This document shows positions 48,964-59,582 of a stretch of DNA of 64,000 bases, in pieces. A program made the position numbers and the translations under genes. How positions within the stretch are numbered: position 1 is the first letter of the stretch; every line of letters begins with the position of its first letter. The notes under the pieces are model-generated. The model saw only the letters and a program-made list of their open reading frames with translations, was not told the origin of the DNA and did not search any database. Source of the DNA: Candidatus Binataceae bacterium (GTDB taxonomy: Bacteria > Desulfobacterota > Binatia > Binatales > Binataceae); assembly GCA_035294265.1 (NCBI GenBank), contig DATGLK010000102.1:19614-83613 (forward strand). The letters run 5' to 3'.

Positions 48964-49863
48964 TCATCGAGCTTTTTTTAAGTGTAGTGTTCCTTCGATC
49001 CGTACTCCGACATTGTACCTGATCATCAGTTGCGCTAACTGCTGACCGTCGATCAGTACGATTCTCCGGGTTATCTTTTCTGCGAACGCGCGGGCTTGAG
49101 GAGTGAAGTACGAAGTTGTTACAAAAACTCCTTTGTTTGCTTTGGCGCCTTCGAGGCTCCCGGCAAATCCCCGGATCTCTGATTCGCCAACCCCGCTGTC
49201 CGGCTTATAGCGTTTAGCCTGGACATATACGCGGTCTAGACCAAGCGCGTCCTGGTCAATTACGCCGTCAAGCCCGTTGTCCCCGCTCCCACCTATCGCC
49301 CGCCCAGCGTCTTCGCGGGCGCCTCCGTAACCCATGCTCACGATCAGATTCACAATAGTGGCCTCGAAAAAGGCCGGTGACGTTTGCAGGAGCCTGTCCA
49401 GCAGTTCGACCCGCAAGGTTTTTTCGATCTCTTGGTGAGTCGCGCGTAGCAGCTCGTCCGGCGTCTGCCCGGATCTCTCCACAATTTCACTCGCTGTGTC
49501 GGCCGTGCCGGTACTTTCCCGGGGAGCGCGGCGAAATTCCTCGAACTCAGGGAATTGCGAGAGGAGCTTAATGTCAATGCGCTCGGGACGGCTGGCTAAG
49601 ATTTGTCGCCCCCGCTCCGTTGTCTCGAAGTAACCGCGGCGTGTTGGCCTCAGGAGCCCGGCCTTGGAGAGATAGGTTTTAGCCCATCCCGCCCTGTTGG
49701 CCAGAACTGTCTGCCTCCCGCTGGGTAGGAGCTGCCGCCTTTCCTTGTCAGTGATATGAAATTCTTCTGCCAGTCTTTCCACCAGATCGCTTAAACGGGT
49801 TTCGCCGTCCGCTGCAGCGCTAAGAACCGGAAGCATCAAGCTCTGGAAATCTGGTACCGCCAT
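48964..49863 (-). CDS. mrr: Mrr-family type IV (modification-dependent) restriction endonuclease
   Basis: Mrr_N winged helix VPDFQSLMLPVLSAAADGE and Mrr_cat PD-(D/E)xK core GLDGVIDQDALGLDRVYVQAKRY; lower GC than surroundings. Confidence 0.85.
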   Translation of the reverse strand: MAVPDFQSLMLPVLSAAADGETRLSDLVERLAEEFHITDKERRQLLPSGRQTVLANRAGWAKTYLSKAGLLRPTRRGYFETTERGRQILASRPERIDIKLLSQFPEFEEFRRAPRESTGTADTASEIVERSGQTPDELLRATHQEIEKTLRVELLDRLLQTSPAFFEATIVNLIVSMGYGGAREDAGRAIGGSGDNGLDGVIDQDALGLDRVYVQAKRYKPDSGVGESEIRGFAGSLEGAKANKGVFVTTSYFTPQARAFAEKITRRIVLIDGQQLAQLMIRYNVGVRIEGTLHLKKAR

Positions 49864-50162
49864 CTTTGGCTTCTAAGCCCTCGCCGTGTCGAGCCTTGGC
49901 TCGCGTGCTCAACCGATAAAACAGAATTTACCGCCTCCGACGCCCGTCAGTGACGCAAGCTTACCTAGCGCGTTGTATATACCCCACAGGAGCTCGCTTG
50001 CCACCTCCACGGGTCGGTCAAGCAATGGGCATTCGTTCTGCTAAGGTGCAAATGGGCTCAGGGCGTAACGCCAAAAGGTCGAGAGCCCGGCGGCTCGGTC
50101 AAGCGGCACAGAATTATTCAGGAAAAGGAGGCTCGCCCGTTTGGAGCCGCGGACGGGAGAAA

Positions 50163-50396
50163 TCAGGAGGGTTTGACCTCGCTGGGCTTGATCTCAACGG
50201 CCGGGGCGGGCTGGGTGGTTGAGGAGGCCGTGGTGGTCGTGGAGGGCTTGACTGGCTCAGGCTCGTTGACCGCCTTTTTGAAATCGCGAATGGCACGGCC
50301 GAGCGCGCCGCCTACGTCACCCAGTTTGCTGGGGCCAAAAATGACCAGAATTATCAGCAACAAAATCAATAGATGGGAGGGTGCGAAGATATCCAT
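50163..50396 (-). CDS. tatA: twin-arginine translocase subunit TatA/E
   Basis: MDIFAPSHLLILLLIILVIFGPSKLGDVGGALGRAIRDFKKA: TM helix plus an amphipathic helix; 77 aa. Confidence 0.85.
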   Translation of the reverse strand: MDIFAPSHLLILLLIILVIFGPSKLGDVGGALGRAIRDFKKAVNEPEPVKPSTTTTASSTTQPAPAVEIKPSEVKPS

Positions 50397-50476
50397 CTCT
50401 GCTCTCCTGCGCCGCCGACGCGGCCTTGGCTGAATTGTATCGCGAGCCCGCCCCGATTACCACGCCCGCGGCCGCC

Positions 50477-51898
50477 TCACGCGCTACGAGCGGCCATATC
50501 GCCATGCTCGATGCCGTCATCCAGCTTGAGCCGCTGGACCTTGCGGTAAAGGGTCGAAAGGTGGATGCCGAGGATTTCCGCGGCCTTGGCCTTGTCACCA
50601 CCGACCTTGGCAAGGATGCGCTTGATGTGCTCGCGCTCCAATTCCTCCAAGGTAAGTTCAAAACCCTCCAGGTCAGTGGTCGCGATGCGGGCGTGATGGA
50701 GTTTATCGGGCAGATCTTGGGAGTGAATCACCTCGGTTTCGGCTAAAATCACCGCGCGCTCGACCGCGTTTTCCAACTCTCGCACGTTGCCCGGCCATTG
50801 GTAATTGATCAGCAGGCGCATCGCGCCCTTGGAAAACCGCATCCCCGAGCGCTCATGATTCTTTTCATACTTGGCCAGAAAATGGTTGGCCAGCAACGGG
50901 ATGTCATCCTTGCGATCGCGCAGCGCCGGCAGCTTGAGAGTGATGACGTTGATGCGATAGAGCAGCTCTTCGCGAAAGCGCCCCTCGCTCACTTCGCGTT
51001 CGAGATCACGGTTGGTCGCGCATAGCAACCGCACATCGAAGCGCACCGGTTCGTTGCCCCCGACCGGATAGCATTCGCGCTCTTGCAGGGCGCGCAACAG
51101 CTTGACCTGCAATTGCAGCGGCATCTCGCCAATTTCGTCCAAAAACAGCGTGCCCTTGTCCGCCGCCTTGAGCAGGCCGACCTTGTCCTGGGTGGCGCCG
51201 GTAAAAGCACCGCGCTTATAGCCGAACAGTTCGCTCTCCAGCAGGGTCTCGGGCAACGCACCGCAGTTGATGGGCAGGAAGCGGTTGTCGGCGCGCTCGG
51301 AGCCGAAATGAATCGCCCGTGCGACCAGCTCCTTGCCGGTGCCGGACTCGCCAGCGATAAGAATGCTGGAGTCGGTGCGCGCGACTTTTTCCATCAGCCT
51401 AAAGATCTGTTGAATGGCGTCGCTTTTGCCGATGATGCTGCGAAAGCTGTACTTGTCGCGCAGTTCGCGCCGCAAAAAGCGGTTTTCGTGAAACAACGAC
51501 TTCTGCGCCAGTGCGTTGCGCACCACGGCCAGCAGATGATCGTTGGCGAAGGGCTTGGTCAGGTAGTCGTAGGCGCCCTTGCGTAACGCATCGACCGCCG
51601 ATTCCACGCTGGCGTAAGCGGTCAGGATGATCCCCATCACTTCGGGATCCAGCTCTCGCATCTGGCCCAACACGCTCAGGCCGTTGCCGCCATGCCCCAG
51701 GTTAAGATCCAGGATGGCGACATCTACCTTTTCGCTTTCGAAAATCGACAACGCCACCTCGGCCGCGTGCGCCTCGCTGACCTGATAACCCTCGGCGCGC
51801 AGCAGGTTGGCGATAATCGCGCGCATCAACTCCTCGTCTTCGACCAAGAGGATGCGATAGGGCTGCGCAGAGGCCGTTGCGGTGACTGGATCGTTCAT
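50477..51898 (-). CDS. sigma-54-dependent response regulator (NtrC family: REC + AAA+ + Fis HTH)
   Basis: REC domain [11 protein letters not shown]...[11 protein letters not shown]...KPF; [36 protein letters not shown]; [22 protein letters not shown]. Confidence 0.9.
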   Translation of the reverse strand: MNDPVTATASAQPYRILLVEDEELMRAIIANLLRAEGYQVSEAHAAEVALSIFESEKVDVAILDLNLGHGGNGLSVLGQMRELDPEVMGIILTAYASVESAVDALRKGAYDYLTKPFANDHLLAVVRNALAQKSLFHENRFLRRELRDKYSFRSIIGKSDAIQQIFRLMEKVARTDSSILIAGESGTGKELVARAIHFGSERADNRFLPINCGALPETLLESELFGYKRGAFTGATQDKVGLLKAADKGTLFLDEIGEMPLQLQVKLLRALQERECYPVGGNEPVRFDVRLLCATNRDLEREVSEGRFREELLYRINVITLKLPALRDRKDDIPLLANHFLAKYEKNHERSGMRFSKGAMRLLINYQWPGNVRELENAVERAVILAETEVIHSQDLPDKLHHARIATTDLEGFELTLEELEREHIKRILAKVGGDKAKAAEILGIHLSTLYRKVQRLKLDDGIEHGDMAARSA

Positions 51899-53637
51899 TG
51901 GGCTGGCGCGCCGTTGGCGGGAACGCCCGCTTGTTCCGCGGGCCGATAGGTCGGCAAATAAATCTTGATGGTGGTCCCTTTGCCCACTTCACTGTCAATC
52001 TTGATACCGCCACGGTTGGCCAGCACGATTCGCTGACAGAGCGACAGGCCCAGCCCCGCTCCAGCTCCGGCAGGCTTGGTGGTGAAAAAAGGATCAAAGA
52101 CCCGCTCCAGGTGTTCGCGCGGAATGCCGATACCGTTGTCGATGATCCGCATCAGCACCCGTCCGGCCTGGCGACCACCATGGCCATGATGGTCGTGAGG
52201 TTCGGTGACAATCCTGATTCGCCCGCTCCCGCTCTGCACCGCATCGGCCGCATTGAGCAGCAGATTGAGCAGGACTTGTTGGATCTCGTTGTTGTCGGCG
52301 AACACCAGCGGCAGGTCGGCGGCCAGCTCGGTCTCCAGCGTGACCCCGTGAAAGCGCTTGTTATAGCTCACCAGCCGCACCGTCTCCGTGATCAAGGCGT
52401 TAAGATCGATCGCCTTGCGCTTGGCCGAAGAGGGCCGAGCGAAGTCCACCAGATCTTTGAGCGTGGCCGAGATCCGGGTGATCTGGGCCAGAATGGTGTG
52501 CAAGGTGGTGCGCCGCGTCGAATCGCCCTCACCGGGTAGCAGCGATTGCACCAGCGAGGAGATCGAGGCCAGCGGATTGTTGACCTCGTGGGCTACACCG
52601 GCGGCGAAAGTGCCGGCGGCGGCCAGCCGCTCGGCTTTGAGCAGCTCCTCCATCATCTCGCGCTTTTCGGTCACGTCATGCAGGATTACCTGGATAAAGC
52701 GATTGCTGCCGTAGGGGATAAGCGCCGAGTTGACGTCGAAGAACCGCCCCTCGGCCAAGGGTAAATCGTAGGCTTGCGCGGCTCCCTTTTCCAACACCGT
52801 GTGGAGATGGGACAGCAGGGCAGCGGCAATGCCTTCGTTACCGGCTAATTCCGTGACGTGGCGCCCCAGCAGCGAGGTGGGCGGCCCTTCGTAGCGCAGC
52901 GCATTGCGTACCAGGCTTTCCGCCGCCGAATTGGCGCCAATAATACAGAAGCTGGCCGGATCGATTTCCCACATCGGATCGGGCGCGCGATCGATCGAGT
53001 TGCGGTACTTCTCTTCCGAAGCGCGCAGGGCTGCCTCGCGCGACTCGATATAAAAGCCTGACACCATCATGCGCAGTTCGTCGATCGCCGCCACCACCGC
53101 GTCACGCACGATCTCCAGCTGGCGGCCGCGCAAGCTCATTCGCACCTGATGCAGGATGGTCTGCTTGAGGGCGATGTGGACCATGTTGAACTGCGAGGGA
53201 TTGGCCTGCGCCAGCATCCCAACCTGGCAGTGGCGGCGCAAAAAGACGTAGCCCTCGATGTTTTCGGGTTCGCGCAGATGGGCCACGAAACGCACCAGCG
53301 CGTTGTGCAGATCCTCGCGCCGCTGGCGGCCCAGGATATCTTCAACCGCCTTCTTCCACTGGTCCAGAATGGCGTCGAAGTGACGCTCGATCAGTTCAGC
53401 GAGCGCGAAGCGCGCCTTGAGACTGGCCGACTCGCGGCTCCAAGCGTCGTTGAATTGCGTATTAAGCAGCCGCTCGATAATTTCCAGGTGGCTGCGCACC
53501 GCCGTAGCTTCTTCGGCCGAGACTCCGCCCTCGCCCCCCTCCACCTCCCGCCTCCCAGCCGCCGTCTTCTCCAAACATCCGGCGGTCTTGACCGTGGAAT
53601 TGCCGCCGGCAATTTCACGTCCTGGTCGCGCGCGCAT
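51895..53637 (-). CDS. sensor histidine kinase (helical N-terminal sensor + PAS-like + HisKA + HATPase_c), partner of the NtrC-type regulator
   Basis: H-box HEVNNPLASISS, N-box LLNLLLNAADA, G-boxes IDNGIGI and GAGLGLSLCQRIV; 4-nt overlap (ATGA) with the response-regulator gene. Confidence 0.85.
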   Translation of the reverse strand: MRARPGREIAGGNSTVKTAGCLEKTAAGRREVEGGEGGVSAEEATAVRSHLEIIERLLNTQFNDAWSRESASLKARFALAELIERHFDAILDQWKKAVEDILGRQRREDLHNALVRFVAHLREPENIEGYVFLRRHCQVGMLAQANPSQFNMVHIALKQTILHQVRMSLRGRQLEIVRDAVVAAIDELRMMVSGFYIESREAALRASEEKYRNSIDRAPDPMWEIDPASFCIIGANSAAESLVRNALRYEGPPTSLLGRHVTELAGNEGIAAALLSHLHTVLEKGAAQAYDLPLAEGRFFDVNSALIPYGSNRFIQVILHDVTEKREMMEELLKAERLAAAGTFAAGVAHEVNNPLASISSLVQSLLPGEGDSTRRTTLHTILAQITRISATLKDLVDFARPSSAKRKAIDLNALITETVRLVSYNKRFHGVTLETELAADLPLVFADNNEIQQVLLNLLLNAADAVQSGSGRIRIVTEPHDHHGHGGRQAGRVLMRIIDNGIGIPREHLERVFDPFFTTKPAGAGAGLGLSLCQRIVLANRGGIKIDSEVGKGTTIKIYLPTYRPAEQAGVPANGAPAQ

Positions 53638-53846
53638 CTGCTAATCCCCCGGTGAAGGATGTTACTGGCGGAGATATAACACCCGTCCGATCTCCAAGCT
53701 ATAGGCCCTCTTTTCGCCACCGTGGCAAATTGCAAAACCGTTCGCGTAAAACTGTACCAGACGCAAAAAGTTAATCGCATCGCCGAATTGAGCCAAGCTC
53801 AAGTCGTCCAAATCGGGCAAATCCGCTGATTTAGCTGCTTTTGCTT

Positions 53847-53862
53847 TGGCACAGCTTTCGCT
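53847..53862 (+). promoter_or_regulatory. candidate sigma-54 (-24/-12) promoter for the GT2 gene, divergent from the NtrC-type two-component operon
   Basis: TGGCAC-agctt-TCGCT with GG/GC at the canonical spacing. It overlaps the TTG start used by the ORF track (53846), so the true start is probably downstream. Confidence 0.4.
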
Positions 53863-53877
53863 TTTAACACGTCGAGC

Positions 53878-56353
53878 CATGACCAACTTCGCTTCAGCGA
53901 TGACTTTTCGAATCACCCGCAGCGGTAAACAGTTGCACCGTGGCGACCAGGCTTTTTGCCTGCGCGCACTGCCGCTGGAGCCACGCGAATCTCGCCCCGA
54001 CTTCAACGCCAAGTTACGCTGGCGTGCCGAATTCGCCCGCATGGCCGAGGCTCATGCCAACGCCCTCCTGCTGGCCGCCGCCGACGCCGAAGCGCTGCTG
54101 GACTTGGCGGCTACCGCCGGCCTGTGCGCCTTCATCACACTGCCGGTGTCATCCGCTGTGTTGGCCGGCCGTGCCGCGCGCGAAGCAGCACGGGTCCAAC
54201 TGGCGGCGACCATACGCCCGTTGTGTGGCTATCCGGCGGTGGCCGGCTTCCTGCTCGACTTCGAAACCTTCGCCCATCCGGCAACGGTCAAGTGGGCGCG
54301 CGCTCGATTGCACCTTGGCCGCCTACTTGACGCGTTGCGGGCCGAGGCCAACGGCCGCTTGTTGGCCGTGCGTCACCACGCTCCCCATCTGGCTGGGACC
54401 TGGGCACTGCACAGTGCTCATGAAGACCTGTTGTGGACCCGGCTGCCCGCGCTGCCCTCGGCAGAGATCGCGCCGCTAGTGGCCACCGCGCACAATCTGG
54501 CACAAGCGCAACCCGTCATAATCGAGTTGGCCGGCAGCAGCTTCGATCAGCCGGTGCGAGTCGCCTCGGCCTTACGGGCAGGCGCGGCCGGAGTGGTGGC
54601 CGCACCCTATCAGCCCCAGACCGAGCGGGCGACTCTGCAGCCTCGATGCGTGCAAGCAGGAGTCGAGCTGCCATTTCTCGCCGCCGAGGAACTTCCTCCA
54701 CTGGCCGATTCGCCCTTGGTGTCGGTGGTGGTTTGCGCCGCTAACGCCGGTACCACCTTGGCGGCCTGTTTGCGCTCCCTGCACGAGTTGGACTATCCGC
54801 GCGTCGAGCTGATCGTCGTCGATGACGGCTCCAGCGACGACACCGCGGCGATCGCGCGGCGTGACGGTGGGGTGCGACTACTGTGTCAATCACACCGTGG
54901 CTTGGCCGCGGCTCGCAACGCCGGGGTGCGCGCGGCGCGCGGCGAGATCGTCGCTTTCACCGACGCCGATTGCGTGGTCGATCGCAACTGGCTACGCCAT
55001 CTGGTCGCCACCATGCTGGCCGACGGGCTGGCAGTGTGCGGCGGCCCCAATTATTCCCAACCTACCTCCGGGCCTGTGGCAGCCGCGATCGCGGTCGCCC
55101 CCGGCGCTCCTGCCCCCGTGCTGATAGGAGCGCGGCGAGCTGAACATCTGCCCGGATGTAACCTGGCCTTCCGCCGTCGCGAACTGCTGCAGCTGGGTGG
55201 CTTCGACCCCCAGTTTCGCGCGGCGGGCGACGACGTCGATATCTGCTGGCGGGCCCAGGCCAGCGGCCTGACGCTGGGCTATCAACCTGCCGCCGCGGTT
55301 TGGCATCAGCGCCGCACCACCGTGCGCGGTTATTTCGCGCAGCAACGCGGCTACGGCAAGGCCGAAGCGCTGCTGTATCGCAAATATCCGCACCGCTTTA
55401 ATGGCGTGGGGCAGATTCGTTGGAGCGGTGCCATTTCGGGCTTGGAGCGGATGGGGCCAAGCCCCGTCTCCCAGCCTATCGACGCCCAAGCCGAAGCCGC
55501 TTATGAGGCACCGTCCTCGCTGCTGGGTTTCCTGCCCCAGACCCTGGAATGGAACCTATGTGCGCTGATCCTGCTGGGGCTGGGACCATGGTTTCATCCC
55601 GCTGTGATCGCGGCGTTGCCGATGCTGGTCGCCAGCGCAATCTGGGCCTGTCATTGGAGCCGTCACGCCCCCTTGGAACTTGCTTGGCGCAACTGGCGCG
55701 GGCGGCTGATAACCAGCTTGCTGGCCTACAGCGGACCGTTGCTGCGCGCCCTGAGCCGCACGCGTTATCGGCTAAATACCGCCGGCGCTCAGCGTGACGC
55801 GCTGGCCGCCTGCCTTCGCCAACGGCCCGAGCTGCATCCCCTCAAGCGCTGTATCCGACTGCAATATTGGAACGACGCTGGCATCGGGCGCGGCCAACTG
55901 TTGGCACGAAGCCTTGAGCTGCTCCAGCGCACCCAGCTGGGGGTGCGCAACGCGGGCACCTGGGATAATTGGGATGTTGAGCTGCGTCCCGGCTCCTTCA
56001 TCCATCCGCGCATCATCACCGCCGACGAAGAATACGAAGGCGGCAGCCGGCGAAATCTTGTGTTGATTCGCCCCTACCCCACCCTGCTCAGCGCTGTCCT
56101 GATCGCGTTGGGGATGGGTGGCGCGCTAGCCTGCGCTATAGCGGGGCAGGCCTTCGCGGCGCGGCTCGTGTTCACATTTGAACTGGCCTTCGCCGGCTTT
56201 GTCCTGTGCGAAGCCTTTTGGGCCATGCGGCTTGCCTGCGCGGTGGTAGAGCGCAGCGCCGAGCAACTGGGCTTGACCCCACTGGGGCGCGCCTGGCGCG
56301 CCCCATCTCCGATGCCCAAGCCGCTGGCCAATCCCCGCCGGGTCCAGAGTTGA
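53878..56353 (+). CDS. multidomain membrane glycosyltransferase: unknown N-terminal domain + GT2 (family 2) domain + C-terminal TM helices
   Basis: GT2 core VSVVVCAANAG...LIVVDDGSSDDT...AARNAGVRAARGEIVAFTDADCVV (DxD in TDAD). The hydrophobic C-terminal segments are WNLCALILLGLGPWF... and LLSAVLIALGMGGALACAIAG.... The start is uncertain (ATG 53878 or 53899; the ORF-track TTG at 53846 lies inside the putative promoter). Confidence 0.7.
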
Positions 56354-56427
56354 AACCGCTGTAGTCCTGTAAACGTCAAGCCGTTGAGCAAAGGCACAGG
56401 ACTAAAAAGAAGGTTTGAACGGAACTT

Positions 56428-56883
56428 TTAGTTTTTGAGTAGCGAATAGATCGATTCCAATTCGCGCCGGATCTCGGCCAGCTGCGCGCGGTGGTCGCCA
56501 CTGGGCACACCGGAGTGGTTGGGCACGGTAGTCACGCCAGCCTCGGCCTGACGCTTCTCCAACCCGGCACGCTTGCCATAGCCTAGCTCGCGCAAGCGCC
56601 GACGCGCACCGTCGATCGTGAACCGTTCTTCGTAGAGCAGACGCTTGATGAGGCTAAGGACCTCGATGTCCTTGACCGTATACAGGCGATGCTTGGAAGC
56701 CGTGTGATTGGGGCGCAGGAGGGGAAATTCGGTTTCCCAAAAGCGCAGGACATAAGGCTTGACTTCGAGCAGCCGGGCCGCTTCCCCAATTTTAAGCGGG
56801 TGATCGGCGGAGGGCGAGGCCAAGCCTCGCGCAGTTGATTTGGTATTGTTTCGCCGCGTCTTCTTTGTCGTCCGGCGGCCCGG
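56428..56883 (-). CDS. MerR family transcriptional regulator
   Basis: HTH LKIGEAARLLEVKPYVLRFWETEF...HRLYTVKDIEVLSLIKRLL. The preferred start is ATG 56883 (MNSPGRR), because the upstream TTG overlaps the pheT terminator U-tract. Confidence 0.75.
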   Translation of the reverse strand, partial: PGRRTTKKTRRNNTKSTARGLASPSADHPLKIGEAARLLEVKPYVLRFWETEFPLLRPNHTASKHRLYTVKDIEVLSLIKRLLYEERFTIDGARRRLRELGYGKRAGLEKRQAEAGVTTVPNHSGVPSGDHRAQLAEIRRELESIYSLLKN

Positions 56884-56899
56884 ACTATTCATGGCGAGC

Positions 56900-56929
56900 T
56901 TACCGTCCAAAAAAGCCCCTCCCGGGAAC
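56900..56929 (-). terminator. intrinsic terminator-like hairpin + U6 downstream of pheT
   Basis: The minus-strand RNA forms ucccggcggguucccggga (6-bp GC stem) followed by ggggcuuuuuugg. Confidence 0.4.
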
Positions 56930-57085
56930 CCGCCGGGACCCGAAAGCTAACTGCCCCCGCCCAAGCCGCTCAGGCTTGAGGAGGCCGCGGCCCGGGCGCT
57001 CCCAACGGACGCCTATCCAGCCTACATGCTTACTGCCCGATTTCACAAGGCTTGCGCACGAGCCACCAGCGGCCAAAGGCGACGA

Positions 57086-59521
57086 TCATTGGCGCAATTG
57101 CGCATTCAGCCGCTGGAGGGCCTGGCGCACCAAGCTTTCGTGGACGCGATTGACTTCGTCGTCGGTCAAAGTGCGCTCGGCTCGATAGCGCAGCGCCAAA
57201 GCCAGGCTCTTCTTGCCTGGAGCAATTCCCTCGCCGGCATAAACGTCAAACACTTCCACGCTCTCCAACCACGGTACGTCGAGCGCGCGAATGTTTTCGA
57301 CCACTTCGCCGGCGTTGCGCTCTCGATCGACCACCAGCGCCAGATCGCGACGCACCGCAGGATAGCGTGGCGGCGCAGCGATTGGGCGCGGCCTTGAAAA
57401 CAACCCAGCCAAACAGGAGAGATCCAACTCGAACAGTCCGCAGGGCAAGCGCAGATCCAGCCGAAAGGCGTGGGCGGGATGCAGTTCGCCCAGCACCCCT
57501 ATTCTTTGATCGCGCAAGCATACCAGCGCGGCCTTGCCGGGATGGAGATAAGGTGCCTGGGCGGGCACTGCGGCCATGAAGCGCACGCCGGCAGTATATC
57601 CAAGCGCCTCCAACAAGCGTTCAACAATCCCCTTGGCGCTGGCAAAGTTGAAACCCAGGGCACGCTGCCCCAGCTCGGGCACGATAAAATCGCCGTATCC
57701 GATGCCGGCCAGGGCTAGCCGTTCGGCCGGTACCCCCGACTTCTCGGCGAAGACCTTGGCCAGCTCGAAGGCGTGGCAGGCCGACGCTTGACGATTTAGG
57801 TTGAAGCGCAGGACATTCAGCAATCCCGGCAGCAGGCTGAGGCGCAGCTCGCTTAATTCGGCTGACAGCGGGTTGGCGACCACTACCGGCAAGCCATCGT
57901 TAAAGCTATCGTCGGCGCCGGCGATCAAGCGGTTATCCTGGGGCGCTGCAAAAGCCAGTGAATGCACTTCGGTCAACCCACACCCCAGCATGATTTCCCG
58001 CGCCTTGGCACTTAAATCACGCATCGGGCTGCGCGCGGCGATCCGATTGGGCCGCGCCGGCAGGCGCTCGGGGATCTCCTCCAGACCGCTTAGACGAGCC
58101 ACTTCCTCGGCGAGATCGGCGGCCTCACGCAAGTCGGAACGAAAGGAAGGGACGGTGACTGCCAAGCGATCCTTACCGGTACTGGAGGCCTTGGCCCCCA
58201 ACAGCATCAGGCGCCGGCGTACCTCCGCACCTGGCAGCGCCACGCCCAGCAGCGCGGCCATCCGGCCTAGGTCCAACGTAAGCACGAGAGGCGTAAAAGG
58301 CTGCGGCTGAAGATCGCAAATCGGCGCGGCCACCTTACCACCGGCATGACGCGTCAATAATTCGGCCGCTCGTCTCAGCGCTGCTACCTGGCCGTCGCGA
58401 TCGATACCGCGCTCGAAGCGATAGCTGGCCTCGCTGTGCAGCCCTAGCCGGCGCGCGGTACGCGCCACCGTGCTGGGCTCGAAGTAAGCGCTCTCGATCA
58501 GCAGGCTGGTGGTCTCGGGGCCGACTTCGGAACTTTGCCCGCCCATCACTCCGGCAACCGCCACGGGCCGCTGGCCATCGGCGATCACCAGGTCGGTGGG
58601 TGCCAACTGGCGCGCCACGCCGTCGAGAGTGACGAAGTCGCGATCGGTGTGTGCCTGACGCACCACGATTCGGCCCTCGGCCAGCTTGGCGAAGTCGAAG
58701 GCATGCAGCGGCTGGCCGAGCTCAAGCATCACATAGTTGGTGACATCAACCAGATTGTTGACTGCGCGCATTCCGCACAGCTCCAGGCGCCGACGCATCC
58801 AGGCCGGCGAGGGCCCCACGATAACTCCATCGATGCGCAAGCCGGCGTAGCGCGGACATTGCTGCGCCGACGCAATCTCGACCGAGGGCGGTGGCACGCC
58901 GGCGGGCGGCCGCGGCACGCGCCAGCGCGGCTGGCGTAAGGTCAAGCCGAAGAGTGCGCCGATTTCCCGCGCCAAACCCAGAATCGACAGGCAATCGCCG
59001 CGATTGGGCGTAATCGCCAAATCCAGCACGGTATCGTCTAGCCCCAGAAAATCCGCCAGATCGGTCCCCAGCGGCGCCTGCGCATCCAGCTCGACGATCC
59101 CGCTGTGATCTTCGGACAAGCCCAATTCGCGCCCCGAGCAGAGCATCCCCTCCGAACGCTCTCCGCGGATAACCGCCGCGCTCAGCGGGGGAGCGCTCTC
59201 CACTCCTCCCGCCTCCTTGCCCCCCAACCGGGCGCCCACCAAAGCCAGCGGCGCGACCATTCCCTGATGCACGTTGGGAGCACCGCAAACGACGCGGAAC
59301 TGACCGTGGGCGCCAGCGTCAACCTCACACAGGTTGAGCCGGTCGGCATTAGGATGGCGGCGCACCTCGAGCACGCGGGCAATGGTGACGCCACGGAAGG
59401 GTGCGCGTAGATGCTCGATACTCTCGACCTCCAGCCCGGCCAAGCTCAGGCGATGGCAAAGCGTAGCCTCGTCGGCCTCCAACGCCAGATATTCCTTTAA
59501 CCAGCTAAGCGGCAGTTTCAT
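57086..59521 (-). CDS. pheT: phenylalanine--tRNA ligase beta subunit
   Basis: 811 aa; N-terminal MKLPLSWLKEYLALEADEATL... tRNA-binding fold, B3/B4 and B5 regions, class II core. Confidence 0.95.
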   Translation of the reverse strand: MKLPLSWLKEYLALEADEATLCHRLSLAGLEVESIEHLRAPFRGVTIARVLEVRRHPNADRLNLCEVDAGAHGQFRVVCGAPNVHQGMVAPLALVGARLGGKEAGGVESAPPLSAAVIRGERSEGMLCSGRELGLSEDHSGIVELDAQAPLGTDLADFLGLDDTVLDLAITPNRGDCLSILGLAREIGALFGLTLRQPRWRVPRPPAGVPPPSVEIASAQQCPRYAGLRIDGVIVGPSPAWMRRRLELCGMRAVNNLVDVTNYVMLELGQPLHAFDFAKLAEGRIVVRQAHTDRDFVTLDGVARQLAPTDLVIADGQRPVAVAGVMGGQSSEVGPETTSLLIESAYFEPSTVARTARRLGLHSEASYRFERGIDRDGQVAALRRAAELLTRHAGGKVAAPICDLQPQPFTPLVLTLDLGRMAALLGVALPGAEVRRRLMLLGAKASSTGKDRLAVTVPSFRSDLREAADLAEEVARLSGLEEIPERLPARPNRIAARSPMRDLSAKAREIMLGCGLTEVHSLAFAAPQDNRLIAGADDSFNDGLPVVVANPLSAELSELRLSLLPGLLNVLRFNLNRQASACHAFELAKVFAEKSGVPAERLALAGIGYGDFIVPELGQRALGFNFASAKGIVERLLEALGYTAGVRFMAAVPAQAPYLHPGKAALVCLRDQRIGVLGELHPAHAFRLDLRLPCGLFELDLSCLAGLFSRPRPIAAPPRYPAVRRDLALVVDRERNAGEVVENIRALDVPWLESVEVFDVYAGEGIAPGKKSLALALRYRAERTLTDDEVNRVHESLVRQALQRLNAQLRQ

Positions 59522-59582
59522 CTATTCGGGTTCCTGGCCTGGTGGTGTAGCGCGTGGCGTCCCTGCTGAGCGGGTAGCGCCA

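Noticed and set aside
56361-56410. 9-bp inverted repeat (tagtcctgt ... acaggacta) between the convergent GT2 and merR genes
   Set aside because: The 25-nt loop is long and neither strand has a U-tract; possible bidirectional terminator, but support is weak.
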